A stretch of DNA of 62,091 bases, filler included, from Sphacelaria rigidula (GCA_964200075.2; 7 parts of 7 records of this genome joined end to end with filler, not necessarily neighbours in it); one strand, 5' to 3'. Positions 1 through 12,701 are shown, counted from the whole stretch's first letter. The notes: a model not told the origin generated them from the sequence alone. Translations and numbers: made by a program.

Positions 1-1679
1 TTGTCTGCAGCATTACACAGACCTTGGACCTGCTTGGACTAACGACCACTTCCAGACCCGCCGCGTTTCTTTCTACACACGACACAGCCTTTACTAGTTG
101 ACGGATAGTTGACGGAAAATTCCGGCTTGTGGACAGGTGCAGTACCGGATTTTAGTGTGGATATCAAAATCCGGATCTTTGGAGGGCGCTATGCTCCTGG
201 GGTGCTCCTAGCGTGCGCAGAACGCGTTCTTGTCTAATTCGGCGCCTGGGGCGCCGATTTGAGGTCTGGCAACGCACACCTTGTCTGGGGAACACGTTAC
301 ACCTCCCTTGCCCGAACATTCTCGGTGTGTCTTCGTTGGGGTTGGGGTTAGTAAGGTTTAGGGTTAGCGTTATTCGATATGCATCAGCACCTGCACAAAC
401 CATAAATTTCCGAGAAATATCTGTCAGCTACCGAGTGGTGAAGTAACCTCACTCTACTACAGTACAACTATTATGTCCTTCGGGTTTCATCACTTCTGTT
501 GTAGTCTCCGTCTCTGTTATCGCTTCTTGGCAACAAAACTTTTGCCCTGTCTTCATGTGTGTTTCTTTCCTTCCGTTGTATGAATGTCGCAGTTTGGTGC
601 CTCCCTTCCGCATGGGTCAAGGATGAGAGACTTCAAACCTAAAATAGCGAGGTCGAAATAGATAAGCCGCATCTGTTCCCACTACCTTTTGTTTTCACGA
701 TTGGGTATGAGATTGTGCTTTTGCCCAAGACCTTTTCCACCGAAGCCATGTGGCAGAGTCTGACCATTTGCACTACACCCCTCCCGCCGTTTTTGTTTTG
801 TGTTGTCCTCTTTTATTCTTTTGTATAGGCGTTGTCTCATGAAAGAAAAAGGTGTCAAAGACGTCCGGTGAAATCGAATCCGCTTGTACCTGATACATTC
901 ACGGCGTTCATTTTCTCAGATGGTTGCATCAGGTACGAATCCCGAATGCCGTGGACGTACAGGTACGAGCGGATTCGATTCCACCGCACATTTTTTACAC
1001 CAAATATTTCTTTAGAGAGATGGCCTGAGTCAACCTTCTCTGTTCTGTATATTTCTGATTTCTCCATTTTTTCCACCTCTTTTCATCATATATTGTGACC
1101 ACGGCGGAATCCCTGGGAGATCGGCTAATGTGCGACAATCAAAACTGAAAAATTAAATCATACGGGACCGATGTGCGGGTCGCTCACAATGAATACATGA
1201 GCCCACCATCCACAAGATACATACAAACTGTAGGATCAAGGTCCTGGGGGTCAACCTGTAGACTGATATTAATAGTATGTACACGCGTATGATACTTCCG
1301 CTGATAACTCGCTTTGTGGTGGATCATGCCACGTCGGTAAGACATACATGCTCCTCTCTCGGGAATGACTGCTGCGCACTCTTTCGATTTTCCGTTCAAC
1401 CAATTTGAGTTTTCGCTAGACAAAAAAAATACATGATACTCGTGCGGACAAAAAAACTCAGTAAGTCACGAAAAATCAACGACCTGAACGAGGTGAGCAA
1501 ATTTCTCAGGAATACAACCGGATACACAATTGGTGTACGAGTATATACTCGCAGCTAGGTTAACTGGCAATCCTGCTTGTTCTATCGTTTCAAACGGGGA
1601 CCAAGTGGCCTTTCGTATATAATAATAAGGAGTATGTATATGAAATAGTAAAAAGGGCTTCCTAATACTTGGAGTTTTC

Positions 1680-2095
1680 GTACGATTGGGTGTATGAGAG
1701 TGCTTTTTACGTACGGAAAACCTTTTCCACCGAAGTCATGTTGCAGGGACTGGGCACTTCTACGATGATACTCCTTGCTGTTTCTTTTCGATTTGTTTGT
1801 TCCTACAATTTGTTTTCTTTTTCCTTCATCAAGCTCTCATTATTGTCTACCCTATCCATTTTGTTCAATCTTCTTCACCGACTGTTTTGCCTTTTAATTA
1901 TTTATCTCGGGTACGTCCAGGATATATCCCACGCCTGAATCCCTGGAGGATCCGTTAACCCTTAGACCGCGGTGTCGGTAGTCCATCTGGATCACGCATA
2001 CACTTTTCTGGTGAATATTGATGCCGATTCAGCAGGTGATCTACCCTCGTGGTCTAAGGGTTAAGGTGCTACATTCATACAAATCAATCAATCAA
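1680..2095 (+). mobile_element. Retroposon 3' segment with (TCAA)n tail, interrupted by a TTAA MITE
   Basis: Shares CCTTTTCCACCGAAG with ~730 and the GGTACGTCCA..CCACG..hairpin..TTAA..(TCAA)n end with 8305-8391, 53940-54015(-) and 60090-60193. Confidence 0.6.
1959..2060. mobile_element. piggyBac-type MITE, 102 bp
   Basis: TIR CCCTTAGACCGCG / CGTGGTCTAAGGG (12/13) flanked by TTAA at 1955-1958 and 2061-2064. Confidence 0.8.
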
Positions 2096-2311
2096 GTATC
2101 CATTATAACCCTAATAGTGTCAAGGTCAAATCGAACTCGGCGTATCGACATAGGGTTAGTGAGTGCGTTGGAATCATGTGTGCGAGGCGGCGAAATCCGC
2201 CAAGCCCTCGTTTCAGGCGACAATCCGCGATGTTTTGCCGAAATTGGCATTTCTTTGTCATACCTGTATCCAGGAGAAGTGGCTTCCATTACATTCATCA
2301 AGTGAACTTGA

Positions 2312-2409
2312 CCCTCAGACAGCGAGGGTAGGTCTCCTGTTGAATCGGCATCAATTTCACTTGAAAAAAGTGTTCATGATCCAGATGGACTACCCTCACG
2401 GTCTGGGGG
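2312..2409. mobile_element. Diverged inverted copy of the 1959-2060 MITE
   Basis: Reverse-complement blocks GAATCGGCATCAAT and TGATCCAGATGGACTACC; degenerate CCCTCAGAC..GTCTGGGGG ends. Confidence 0.7.
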
Positions 2410-5400
2410 TTCGGGACGCACAACAGCATCGCGAGTACAGTACTGCAGATACAACACAGACGGTACAGTACAAATATGAGGCGAGAATGACGAACATTGC
2501 TCAGTGTATCTTAGGGTTGCGTCCATTATTGTGTGCATGATACTCACAAGCGAGGATTCGATTACGAGAGCGAGCGCTGATGTTCACGGCTAGCTATCCT
2601 TCTCTCACGTGTCTAACACTACAACGTCACCGCGCTACAATTGGGAACAGTGGTGGTGTGCCCCGACATTCATGTTGTACTCTCGTCGACAATGACAGAC
2701 GTTCGTGTCGAACATGCAATGACAGAGAGTCGGACTCACGAGAGTGCGTCGGTCTAATTTGTCGTTTGACGTTCGACACGCCTTTGATTTTTCGAACCCT
2801 AACCTTGACCCTTTCGCTGCCGGACCCCCCTAGGACATACTACTTGTAGATGGACCAGAAATGGGCACGTACAAACACGTAAAAACGGCAGCTTCCCCCA
2901 CGTCGAAAACGCCACTATAGGCGAGTTGAGCGGGTGTTATCGGGAGAGAGTGAAATGACGTGTGCAGGTGGAAATTCGCCAGCTATTTGAACCAACCAGA
3001 AGAAACACCCCCGCGGCATAGACCCGAATCGCGCAAAAAGTGCATACGCTCGTGATATTTGCCCAGCCCTCCCTGCCCGGTGTAAGTACGACCGCGGTAT
3101 TTTGTACAAGTGTGTTGTGCAACGTAGACGGGAGAATAGCATTCGCGGACGATTGTTGTTGTTACAGTTGCTTTATGAATATCCCGCACACACGTGCTGT
3201 AATGTGATTACTACTGTTGATGGTCAGTTTGTCCTACAAGACTTATAGCCGGAATTAACGAGCCAAGATAAGCCCTGGCATTCCCGACTGATGAAACCTA
3301 GATTGAGCGAGGTGAACACATAATCTTCGGCCTTGCAGGCGTTTCGAGGACCCAGGGTTCACTGGGGCCTGTAGGGCATTTTAGAACTAAAACTCCGACC
3401 CCGAGGGTGCGATACTGAAAAACAGTATGGTTCAACCATGAAAACTCGGTAAGTCTCGTAAACTTCTCTGGCACAGTGCCAGGTCTCGAGTGAAAGTGTT
3501 CATCTCGAATGCTATGCGTCAAAACTCATGGTTAAAACATATATTGATTGTGGGCTGAGATAGATCGTCGTCGTGCCACCTGCTACGAGAAAAAATCACG
3601 GAGATCAATCGACATGCTCGTTTCGGGAGTACGGAGTAGTGTCGTAAGCTGTTATAGTCACGGCCTCAGGGTTCGACGAATCCAGCGTCTCGCATGCATC
3701 ACAGATCACTTTGACAGACCTGGTTCGGTACACGTTTTCGCTAGAATCCATGCTCCAAGCGCTCATTACAGCTCTGCCGATGCAGAGCGCTTACACAGCA
3801 ACGAGAGCCCCGATTTCAGCTCCGCCCATCATGCACACTTCAAACTAGAGCGCAGTCTTGAACTGTTCCCGAGGGCAATCGGTGTACCTCGTCATGGGGT
3901 TGGCATTGGGTGTTGGGTGTTACTGTTACAGTCAGGTTCTGACAACTGCACGGACCGATTACGCATCTCCATTCTTGTCCCAGACAACAAAGGCGCGCAA
4001 ATTTCAAATTTCCTCACCAACTGTTGACTAGGAGGAATTGATTGCGCCTGCAGAGGTCAACATATACTGTACTGTATCACGTCTACGACGAACACGCATG
4101 TTGCACCACGTCGCCATGCTGTCGTGCTGTAGTGCCAGATATCACTAGAAGTCTCCTAGAAAGGCCAATGGTAAGATGGGAAAACAGAAAACCGCCTTGG
4201 AAAAAGAGGCGGGTCATGAAGACACGGACGGTTTGTATGATCACAGCGTGCCCCGAACCCCTGCCCACACGAAACACCGATGCTGAACGTGCTGTCTGTT
4301 GTGTTGAAAAGTGCAACGGTCGAACGTTCGCTGCAAGCGTTGGTGAGAAGAGTACGATAAGTACGCCAGTGTGGAGAGTACCGCCAGGCACAAAATGGTC
4401 TCCATATCGGGCAACTCAATCATTGCTCCCCGCTCAACAGAAGTGTCTCGCGGCCAGTGGTCTCTCCTCTCTACATGTCCAACTGGAGCAGGGTATTTTT
4501 GCGGTGTAAAACAAATGACAAAGTAATCGGGGCATGGTGTCTCGTGGGCAGGAATAGTGTTGTATACTGCGGCAATTCGACAACGGCAATTTTTCAAATC
4601 AGCTACATTCGCAAATGAACCCCTGGAAACATCGCAGAGGGGGTGATCAAGAGCAGCACAACTGCCACTCCCCAACACACGCCTTTTCACTCCACCATGT
4701 ATTTCGTTTGGGGTTTTCGTACAAAACCGAAGTCGCGTATCATGAGTAATCAATCATGAGCGTACATGAACACAACATGACGCAACACAGACATCAAGAG
4801 CCTCTCCATGTACAACAGTATAATTCTTCAAGTGCGCTGGCGCACGGCTCAGATCTCATTCCTAACTGAAACCCCTTTGTTTGCGGTGGGTGTGACACGA
4901 TCCCTTCATTTGTGTCGACCCATTTGTACTTGACTTTTTTTTCTACAGATTATACCACTTCTTCTGCTCTGCCTGTGTCTGTCTTGTACTGCCTCAAGGT
5001 CTGCGATCAACACCCGTCAAGAGCAAATCCTACTGCAATAAGTCAGTCCTGTATTCAGCCCTGTATTTCGTTGTTGAGAGGCACGGCGTCTCTTTTTCGA
5101 ATCTCCGAGTGTTTGCTTCGGGAGAGGCGGTAGATCTGGGCTCTTTTAGGGGTAGGGATCGCAAAGATCCGCCCGGCATGATAATTATATGATCACGGTT
5201 CCACACCACCAAGAACACGCTCGACCTTTTTGCCGCCGTGTATCGGTTCTTGCAACAGCGGCCCTGTGGCAATATGTTCCAGGGAAGGTCGTGGCTAGGT
5301 GGTCATGTCGATGAAGTTCGAAGTCATTCGATGTGTACCCTGGGGTACGGTAGGAAGGGTCAGAGCTGTCTGTAGAGACGTGCGGGTTTTGACTCCGTAC

Positions 5401-5646
5401 ACTCAGGAACGATACTATAGTGCAGTCTGTAGAGATGAAAGTATTGAACAGTCAAAAATACATCGTTCGTCAGTGCAGCACATCCTGCGGTAAGCACTAC
5501 AAAAAGCTTGTCCTCGTCAATCTGGCAGAGTACCGTACAGTCAGTACCGACAGTATCGTGGCACAATACAGCATGTACAGAGTATTCAGTGCAGAACGGT
5601 AAAACAGGACGTGCAGCGAGCACTGAGCATAGAGGGTGCATCAGCA

Positions 5647-5714
5647 CAGGACAGGACAGGATAGGACAGGATAGGACAGGACAGTAAAGTACAGTACAGT
5701 ACAGTACAGTACAG
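5647..5714. repeat. Compound pentanucleotide microsatellite (CAGGA)n(CAGTA)n
   Basis: Directly visible tandem 5-mers. Confidence 0.9.
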
Positions 5715-6445
5715 ACAGAATGGTGTGCAGGCAGTCCTCATGATAATACAGCAGCAGTCAGTACAGTACGGTGAAACAGGTGTACAGCAAGGAGTCAGCA
5801 CCGATGGTACGATGATAAACTTACATGACAGCAACAAACGGTAGGACAGCTGAGTGTGATCATGCGGCCACAGAATTCCAGGGTCTACTTGTTTGAACAG
5901 GGCTATAAGGTCAGGACGCTTTAGCCCAACGGCTCATACCACAGCAACATTTTCTAAACATTCGCCGTGTGCACAAACCCCGGCACAACAAACGAAGACA
6001 GGGGCGAGACACCCCACTGCGTCGTGCCCGTTCAACTAACTGTGCGCATAGTTTGGGGAGCAAATTGCACCATGAAGAAACACGCACGCTGCACCAGGTA
6101 GAAGGGTGCCTGGTATCAGCTATGCTCATCCATGGCGGCGGTCTCCAGCTGTTTCAAGATTCTTCACAGGATGGTCCACGACCCGATCACGCTGATGCGC
6201 GCACGTGCCATACGATGCCCTCGCTTGATTTGAACTGGGACGTAAACCGATTCTCCCAAAAAATTAACGGCCACATTTCAGAATTCACGAAATAACAACA
6301 GCTCAAAAACTGCGGCCTCATCGGCACAAAATTGTGCGATATGTATGACACCTCCTCCCTCCCCCCACCCCTCACCCCCACCCCCTCTACTCATTTGAAT
6401 AGTGTCTTTAGCTTTGCTCACTCAATAGTATCCGTCAGATCGTAC

Positions 6446-6712
6446 CTCGTTGGTCTCCATATCGCGCCCATCGGTAGCAGCAGGATACTTGACGTCAAGA
6501 CAGGATCGCTCGGGAACGAGTAACGGTCGTAATCGGACCGAAACATAAAACTTGCTGTGAGAAACGTGACCATCACCTTCACCACTTGGCGAAGAACCTG
6601 ATGATGCAAGGAGTCTGCCTTCCTGTATTTCCATGCTGCCGCTGCTGCTCGGGGTTGAAAAGGCGTTAGTTTCTCCGCCTCCACGGTGGTCCCCCCCCGA
6701 AGAGCTTGCCAT
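6446..6712 (-). CDS. Kinesin-like protein, first coding exon (start of motor domain)
   Basis: MASSSGG...SKFYVSVRLRPL (kinesin V-x-VRxRP motif); ends ETNE at a GAG|GTACG phase-0 donor. Confidence 0.7.
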
Positions 6713-7077
6713 GACGGATCGTGGCGCGCAAAAACGCAACAGTTACCTCCGTAGTGTGTGCAGACCGTTTGCTTATTGCTTGACCACAACCTTGCCACAG
6801 CAAGGATATCGCCTCTTTTATAACGCAAAAACTACCAGCGCATGACTGGCCTGCAAATGTCATTTTTCACGATAGTTCTCATACGTCTTCCTATGTCATT
6901 TTCTATTACTATTTTTGGTGATGACGATAGTTAGTGCGTAGCATCATACTTTTCGACCGTTGGGATCCCAGCGCAGCACAGGCGGTACAGTAGTGATAAT
7001 AAAGCAGGAGAGAGTACCATACAGGAAACAGGCGTCCAGTCTACCCGCCGGCGCTCTTCTTGGAGGGAGCGACCAAC
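6713..7077. promoter_or_regulatory. Probable bidirectional promoter / 5' UTRs between divergent kinesin-like genes
   Basis: 365 bp between two outward-facing ATGs; inferred from gene orientation only. Confidence 0.45.
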
Positions 7078-7275
7078 ATGGAGGCGATGGAGGGATTATC
7101 GGATGACCTGGCAACGCCAGCTGCAGAAAGCGTACCTAAGGCGGCGGAGGCTGCAGCGGTGGACGCGGGTTCGGTCACACAGGTCAAGGTCGCCGTTAGG
7201 CTGAGACCGCTGATCGGAATTGAACGCGGGGCGGGATGCCAGCCGTGCATGTTCGGCGACTCGGACAACAATCAG
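7078..7275 (+). CDS. Kinesin motor protein, first coding exon (kinesin-4-like start)
   Basis: MEAMEG...TQVKVAVRLRPLIGIERGAGCQPC; ends at a CAG|GTACT phase-0 donor. Confidence 0.8.
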
Positions 7276-7477
7276 GTACTGCCTGTGCTATCAATGCCTG
7301 AGATGAGGGGGGGGGGGGGGGGGGGGGCCGTTGGGGTACTGGCTATAGGGGTAGGAAGAACACGTCCGCCGAACGGGGGGGGGGGGGGGGGGGCGGGAAG
7401 GCATNNNNNNNNNNGTCTGCTGGTCGGGTGTCCGGGTACGCTAGAGCAGTGGGGGGGGGTGGGTTGGTGGGGGGGGT

Positions 7478-7509
<32 letters not shown>

Positions 7510-8304
7510 GCACTGTAGTGTACTAGCTATAGTAGTAGTCAGAACACGTCCGCCGAACGCGGGGGTGCTAGAGGTGGCAGCAAGGCATACCTGTATGATA
7601 CCGACAAGACTAGAGAAGGGGCAGTTAAATAGTACAATATTTGATATTTGGACTGCACAGAAGCGCAGCACGTTGGAGTTGAGGACGATCAGACTGGCCA
7701 GTTTGACCAGCTGTACGACCACCCGCCAGCCCACCAACAGCATGTATGGCAGCAGCGTGAATAAATATCCACAAGCAACCACCCCCGACAGAGGGAAGTT
7801 GCATACGGTCATTATTGTACACGATTCCGCAACACCCTGTTTCATCATACCGAAAAACTGTACCGACTTTACATTCACTGTCCACGAAAGCACAGACACG
7901 GACACCGGTATGTAGCCGCTAACCAGGGACATCGTAAGTCATAACTTGGATGGCATGTCAAAGTTGCGCGTGGAGGCAATGCTAATAGAACAGGCCTCAT
8001 TTTGTTCCAACTCCTCTCCCCGAAGCAGCATTTCGCCACATAAGTCCATCTTTTCGAGGCTTCTCTGCCCCAAAAGTTTGTCACTACAGTACAGGCAAAA
8101 TCTTGCTAACATGAGGGCTAATTACGACGATGCTGCACTGCACATACGTAGACACCACTCTACTATTAATATGTGTCGTTCACCACGTAGCAATTCGGCG
8201 AGGATATTTGCTGCAGACATATCGGGAGCAGGTATAGCGTTGTCGCAAGTTTCGACTCAAATGAACTACGTTCACCATCAACATGTACGGTATATCCCAT
8301 CTTA

Positions 8305-8391
8305 GAGTACGTCCATCATGAGACCACGGCTGGACCCCTCAGGGGTCAGTTAAAGTGCGACAGTAAATCAATCAATCAATCAATCAATCAA
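8305..8391 (+). mobile_element. Retroposon 3' end with GACCCCTcAGGGGTC hairpin and (ATCA)n tail
   Basis: Near-identical reverse copy at 53940-54015; related copies near 1096-1143 and 60090-60193. Confidence 0.65.
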
Positions 8392-8732
8392 ACGTGAAAT
8401 CCGTCTAGGTGTCATCTGTCTCTCCTTCCATTACTCTACAGTACTCGCTGCTGTCAAGTGGCCATACTCGTGTACTGTGTACCCCAACGTTTTAAGATGA
8501 TTTCCCCGACATTCGTCATACTCCAACGTGCGATACTGACATGGACTGGTGAGGCCGTGCCTAATCAGGACGAGATCTCGTGTGCAAACGTAATTCTTCT
8601 CATATCCCATTGTTTCTTGTCTTGAGCCAAGACTTTTTTGCCGCAATCTGCACAAGTTTTGAATCCTTGTTGTTGTTGTTGCTGTTGTCTTCACATAAAA
8701 AAAACGTTCCGATATCTGCGCGGTACATTCCA

Positions 8733-8786
8733 CAGGCACCGTAGGTAAGGTAGGTACCCGGTACCGGTATTTGGGACATCTCGTAC
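8733..8786 (+). mobile_element. Terminus of a dispersed repeat (CAGGCACCGTAGGTAAGGTAGGTACC...), probably a DNA transposon end
   Basis: ~48-nt reverse-complement match at ~44444-44491; both copies sit at contig ends. Confidence 0.6.
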
Positions 8787-8886
8787 NNNNNNNNNNNNNN
8801 NNNNNNNNNNNNNNNNNNNNNNNNNNNNNNTTAATTAATTAANNNNNNNNNNNNNNNNNNNNNNNNNNNNNNNNNNNNNNNNNNNN
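8787..8886. other. Artificial contig-joining spacer (N44-TTAATTAATTAA-N44)
   Basis: 100-nt gap with an all-frame stop linker at 8831-8842. Confidence 0.98.
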
Positions 8887-9050
8887 CTGCACCTGAAAAC
8901 GGACTAGATGAAACTTTCGGTCTTCGTCATAACCCTGCAGTTACATACGCGGATTTTCAGCAACACTTCACTGTTTCGTTTAGACGCCAGACACGTCATT
9001 CCTGACCAGCTTCCTTGGTCGTTCTGGAGGCCCGGTCCCAAAAGGGTTAA
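8887..9050. mobile_element. piggyBac-like non-autonomous element end
   Basis: Ends GGTCCCAAAAGGG-TTAA; the same ~160 bp is inverted at 35264-35426; same terminus at ~26776-26792. Confidence 0.7.
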
Positions 9051-10607
9051 CTGATCCCCCAAAACGAAGAAAAAGTTGAAGACAAATGTACCTTTTAACG
9101 TATTACCTTACCGACGGAACAGAAAAAGAAGGAATCCGTCGGGATTCGAACTCGTGACCTCCATAACTGGAGTCTTCTATATCACTTCGATTAAAGAGGC
9201 GCAGAGGTGTCACACAAAAAATGCTCTGCTGCGCCCAATTTGAGTTTTTTTGGCCGAAATCGCCCGGATCTGCTGCACAGAAGTACGCACCAAAACACTA
9301 GGGATGCCGACGTTTTTCTTTATTTTCACGGAGTTATAGCATTTTTGTAATTTTTGCAGACACTTCGAATCGCCCAAACTTTCTGTTATTTGTTATTTTT
9401 TTCGTTGCATCCCCAGTGATGTTGTGCGTATTGATAATAGAGATGTCGTGTCGAGATTTTAGCGCCCAACTTCTCGAATTACCCACAGCCGGGCCCGGAA
9501 ACATTGAAAAGTCACTGTCAGCTGGCCCAGCTCCTACCCATTTATTTGCCTACTTCGTCCGCCGCGCTGTACCCACCGTTACCCACACTACCAGAGAGTA
9601 TGGCTTTCGACCCAGAATGTCTGTCCTGGCCAGATGCACACGCCGTTCCCGGGGTGTGAGTGAACCGCATCCTGGACAACAAATTACAGTGTCAAAAAGT
9701 GTTATGCGTACTGTATGGAATCTACCGTCCATAGAGTGCAATAGACGCAATAGTCGATACTGTACGCAGTACACGTTTGGCTACGCAATAAGTTGTCCAG
9801 GGTGTGGAGTGAACCGCAGTTTTTCTACCGTACTGTGTGGCACCCTGGTTCACAAGCATGCAGCCCCGGGAGAAAAAGCTGTAACTGCTGCGACATCAGC
9901 AGCATTGCTGGATAGAAAGCATCCAATAATTCAAGTAGTACCCTGCCTTTTCCAGAAGCACGTTGGTCGAGAATACCCTGCTTAGTGTCCCGCCTATTTG
10001 TACCGGTGTGTAAATTCAGAGTGCGGCGCTTCGTTATTCTTGTAGTGAGTATTTTTTCTTGCCATCTGCGCGAGTTTCGGTGCAACTTTCTCTTCTGGTA
10101 CTTGTTTTTTTTTCCTCTTCGAATTTTAAGTTAATGTGCGTCCAGCGGTGACTCTGCTCGATGCTCTAGGCCATTTTTGGACGCCGCCAGTGTAAAGCAC
10201 CTTTGATCCCGTAGAGGCTTTCTCGAGGAGTAAATCGTTGCCATTGCGGAGGTATGCCACCTCGAAACAACGCGTACCCGAGTGCCGACACAGAAGGGGA
10301 CCGTGAAACGACGGCGATTTATACTGAAAGACTGTGGGATTGCTTGTCACCCACCTTCTACTGGTATCCTGAAAACGAGCGCGCAATATCCCTTTCGTTA
10401 ATGAGAATATAAGCCTCAGTGCGCTGCAGCAAGGCTGTCTCCAGTTGCGAGCTTTTGGTCGAGCCTGACCATTTTACGATCTTGGCCAGACTAGAAACGA
10501 ATCTGAGCGTTGCAGGCGATTGATGAGCTCGGTTTCGAGAGTTGTGTCATAAAAATTTGGTATGGAAAATCGCAGAGCATGATGCAAATCCACACGTCGG
10601 GCACATC

Positions 10608-11025
10608 AGCTCCTTGTAGCTCGAGCTACAGTAGCTCTTTTTCAGTGTAGCTCCCTAGCGAGCTATGAGAGCTACATAAGCTATGCATGTTTTTCCGGGG
10701 TGAGCTATGAGAGCAACATGAGCTACGCACGTTCATCCTGGGTGAGCTACCAATCCGTAGCTCATCAGCTCATATTCGTCCTGGGTGAGCTATGAGAGCA
10801 ACATGAGCTACGCATGTTTGCCCGAGGTGAGCTACAATACCAAATCGTTGCTCATCAGCTCATATTCGCCCTGGGTGAGCTATGAGTTCTGCATGAGTTG
10901 AGCATGCTTGTCCTGGGTGAGCTATGAGAGCTGTGGGAGCTACGCATGTTTGCCCTTGATGAGCTATGAGAGGTAGTTGAGCTACGCATAATTGCCCTGG
11001 GTAAGCTATGATAGCTACGAGCTGG
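10608..11025. repeat. Degenerate ~40-bp tandem repeat (GGGTGAGCTATGAGAGC..GAGCTACGCATGTT..)
   Basis: About ten AGCT-rich units visible. Confidence 0.85.
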
Positions 11026-12502
11026 GCCAGCCCAAAAACTGATTCACGCTCTCGAAGCAATATCTCATCGACACAGACGAGTTGGGCCGCGATCCGCATA
11101 TCGTATTAATGGTGTAATAAAGGGGAAGGTGTCCATCTGCTCAAAAACCTGGGCCGATATTTTCTCGTTGAATAAACCCCATGTCTAGTAATTCCTATAC
11201 CGCATGGAGATAGCCTCCACGCTGAAATCTAAATGAAACCCCGAACGATACATTCAGCGGATGATGGACGATTTTTGGTGTGGACCTTCCCTGGAGCACG
11301 GGGAGACGATAGATACCCTCACCTTTACCCAATTCATAATCCATCATGAGATATGGCGCACATAAGTTTTCGTACTGAAATCAAAATATTCCGAGAAGAG
11401 GCACTAGATGCCCTAAAGCTGGATATCGCGTCTCAGTTTTTTAGAGTTGTGCTATAATATGAAATTTCGTATGGAGAACCGCGAGAGCATAACAATAGAA
11501 AAAAAACAGCTTTTTACCTTTGTTTCGTCTGGTCTTCATTTTTTTCCGTGTTTTTAGTGGAGTTTTGGGGAGAAATGAATTTTGCTCTTGGGCCTTATCT
11601 CAATTTTTTAGCTCAATTTTAGAATTGTGATTTGAAACTTAGCACGGAGAACCACGAAGGTGTGCCGAGTAAAGAAGAAAATAGGATTTCGTTTTTTTTT
11701 TTCAGAGGTTAGGGCGTTCTCGTGAAAAAATGGTCTCAACCATATTAGAACGCCCTAAACCAGTGAAGAAAGAAAAAAACTGACCCACTTTGTTTTGTCA
11801 ATTATGCCCTAGCGAGGGCCCACACAAAATTCCAATACAAAAAAAATAAACGTGGCCCGGTGAGTGGCCTACGAAATACTGTTCCGAATTTCTACCGACC
11901 CGGAACGCAAAGCGCGTGAAGAGAACACACAGACTGTGCTGCAAAACGAATGCTAGGCGTGCAGATTAGAGGGCCTAATTAGTCCGTACTGACAGGGTAA
12001 CACCGCGGAACACCCCAACACAAGGACGCCACAAGAGTAGCGGTGAAGAAAGCCAACAGTACACAAAGCCATCAGTTCACGGAGATTGTCAACATGCGGC
12101 AGCAGCAGATTGATGCATTGACGCGTGGCGGCAGAAAACGTGTTTGTCGGCGCTCTCAAGTCACATGGATGCGCATGAGCTGGCAAAGCCTTCCTTGTCG
12201 TTATGCTGGAATTATTTGCTTCTTTTTTTTTTGCTGCAGTTTCGTTGCTTCGAGGCAAAGCAACTAAATCTCGGCACCTTTGTAGAATGATCGCTTTCGA
12301 AACACGGTGTCGTTTTCTACGATAACGACTCGATGGATGCCTGCGCGAACGAGCGTTTCGTGGCTTGATTCTAACTCATGTACTAAATCTCCCGCAGCGA
12401 AAATATTCCAAAACGTTCGCAATCAACCAAAGGGTCGAGCACTCGAGTGCCTTTTCGTTTATTTCTTTTTTTTTCTTTTTTTTCTTGCCGTCTTCTGGAC
12501 AG

Positions 12503-12701
12503 ACGACGAACGTGGATGCTCCGCGCATCACCCAAGAACAAGTCGGCCGATCACTCGGTGCCCAGCAAGAAAAGCGGTAGCAACAGCGACAGCAACAACA
12601 ATAACGACGGCAGCAGTAAGCGGCGCAAAGTATCCGTGCAGGCGGCAATGAAGCAGTGGGCTTTCGAGTCTCTGTCGCTGGCCCGGTTCAACGTCAGGAC
12701 G
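12503..12701 (+). CDS. Internal exon of an uncharacterised protein
   Basis: Polypyrimidine tract + CAG acceptor, open frame ..SKRRKVSVQAAMKQWAFESLSLARFNVRT, ACG|GTGAG donor; phase matches exon 14515. Confidence 0.55.

Noticed and set aside
338-370. Telomere (TTAGGG-like repeats; also ~2810 and ~27870)
   Set aside because: Only a few degenerate internal units within dispersed repeats; not a terminal array.
4042-4753. Overlapping 100-170 aa ORFs
   Set aside because: No recognisable motifs or consistent splice signals in any frame.
7300-7600. G-tract-rich tandem duplication or G-quadruplex, and a Gly/Pro-rich ORF extension of the kinesin
   Set aside because: It flanks a small N gap and repeats adjacent sequence with G substitutions, typical of low-quality read ends; it lies past the splice donor.
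11707-11761. Short inverted repeat TAGGGCGTTCT..AGAACGCCCTA as a terminator
   Set aside because: Eukaryotic context with a long loop; most likely the internal part of a decayed DNA element.
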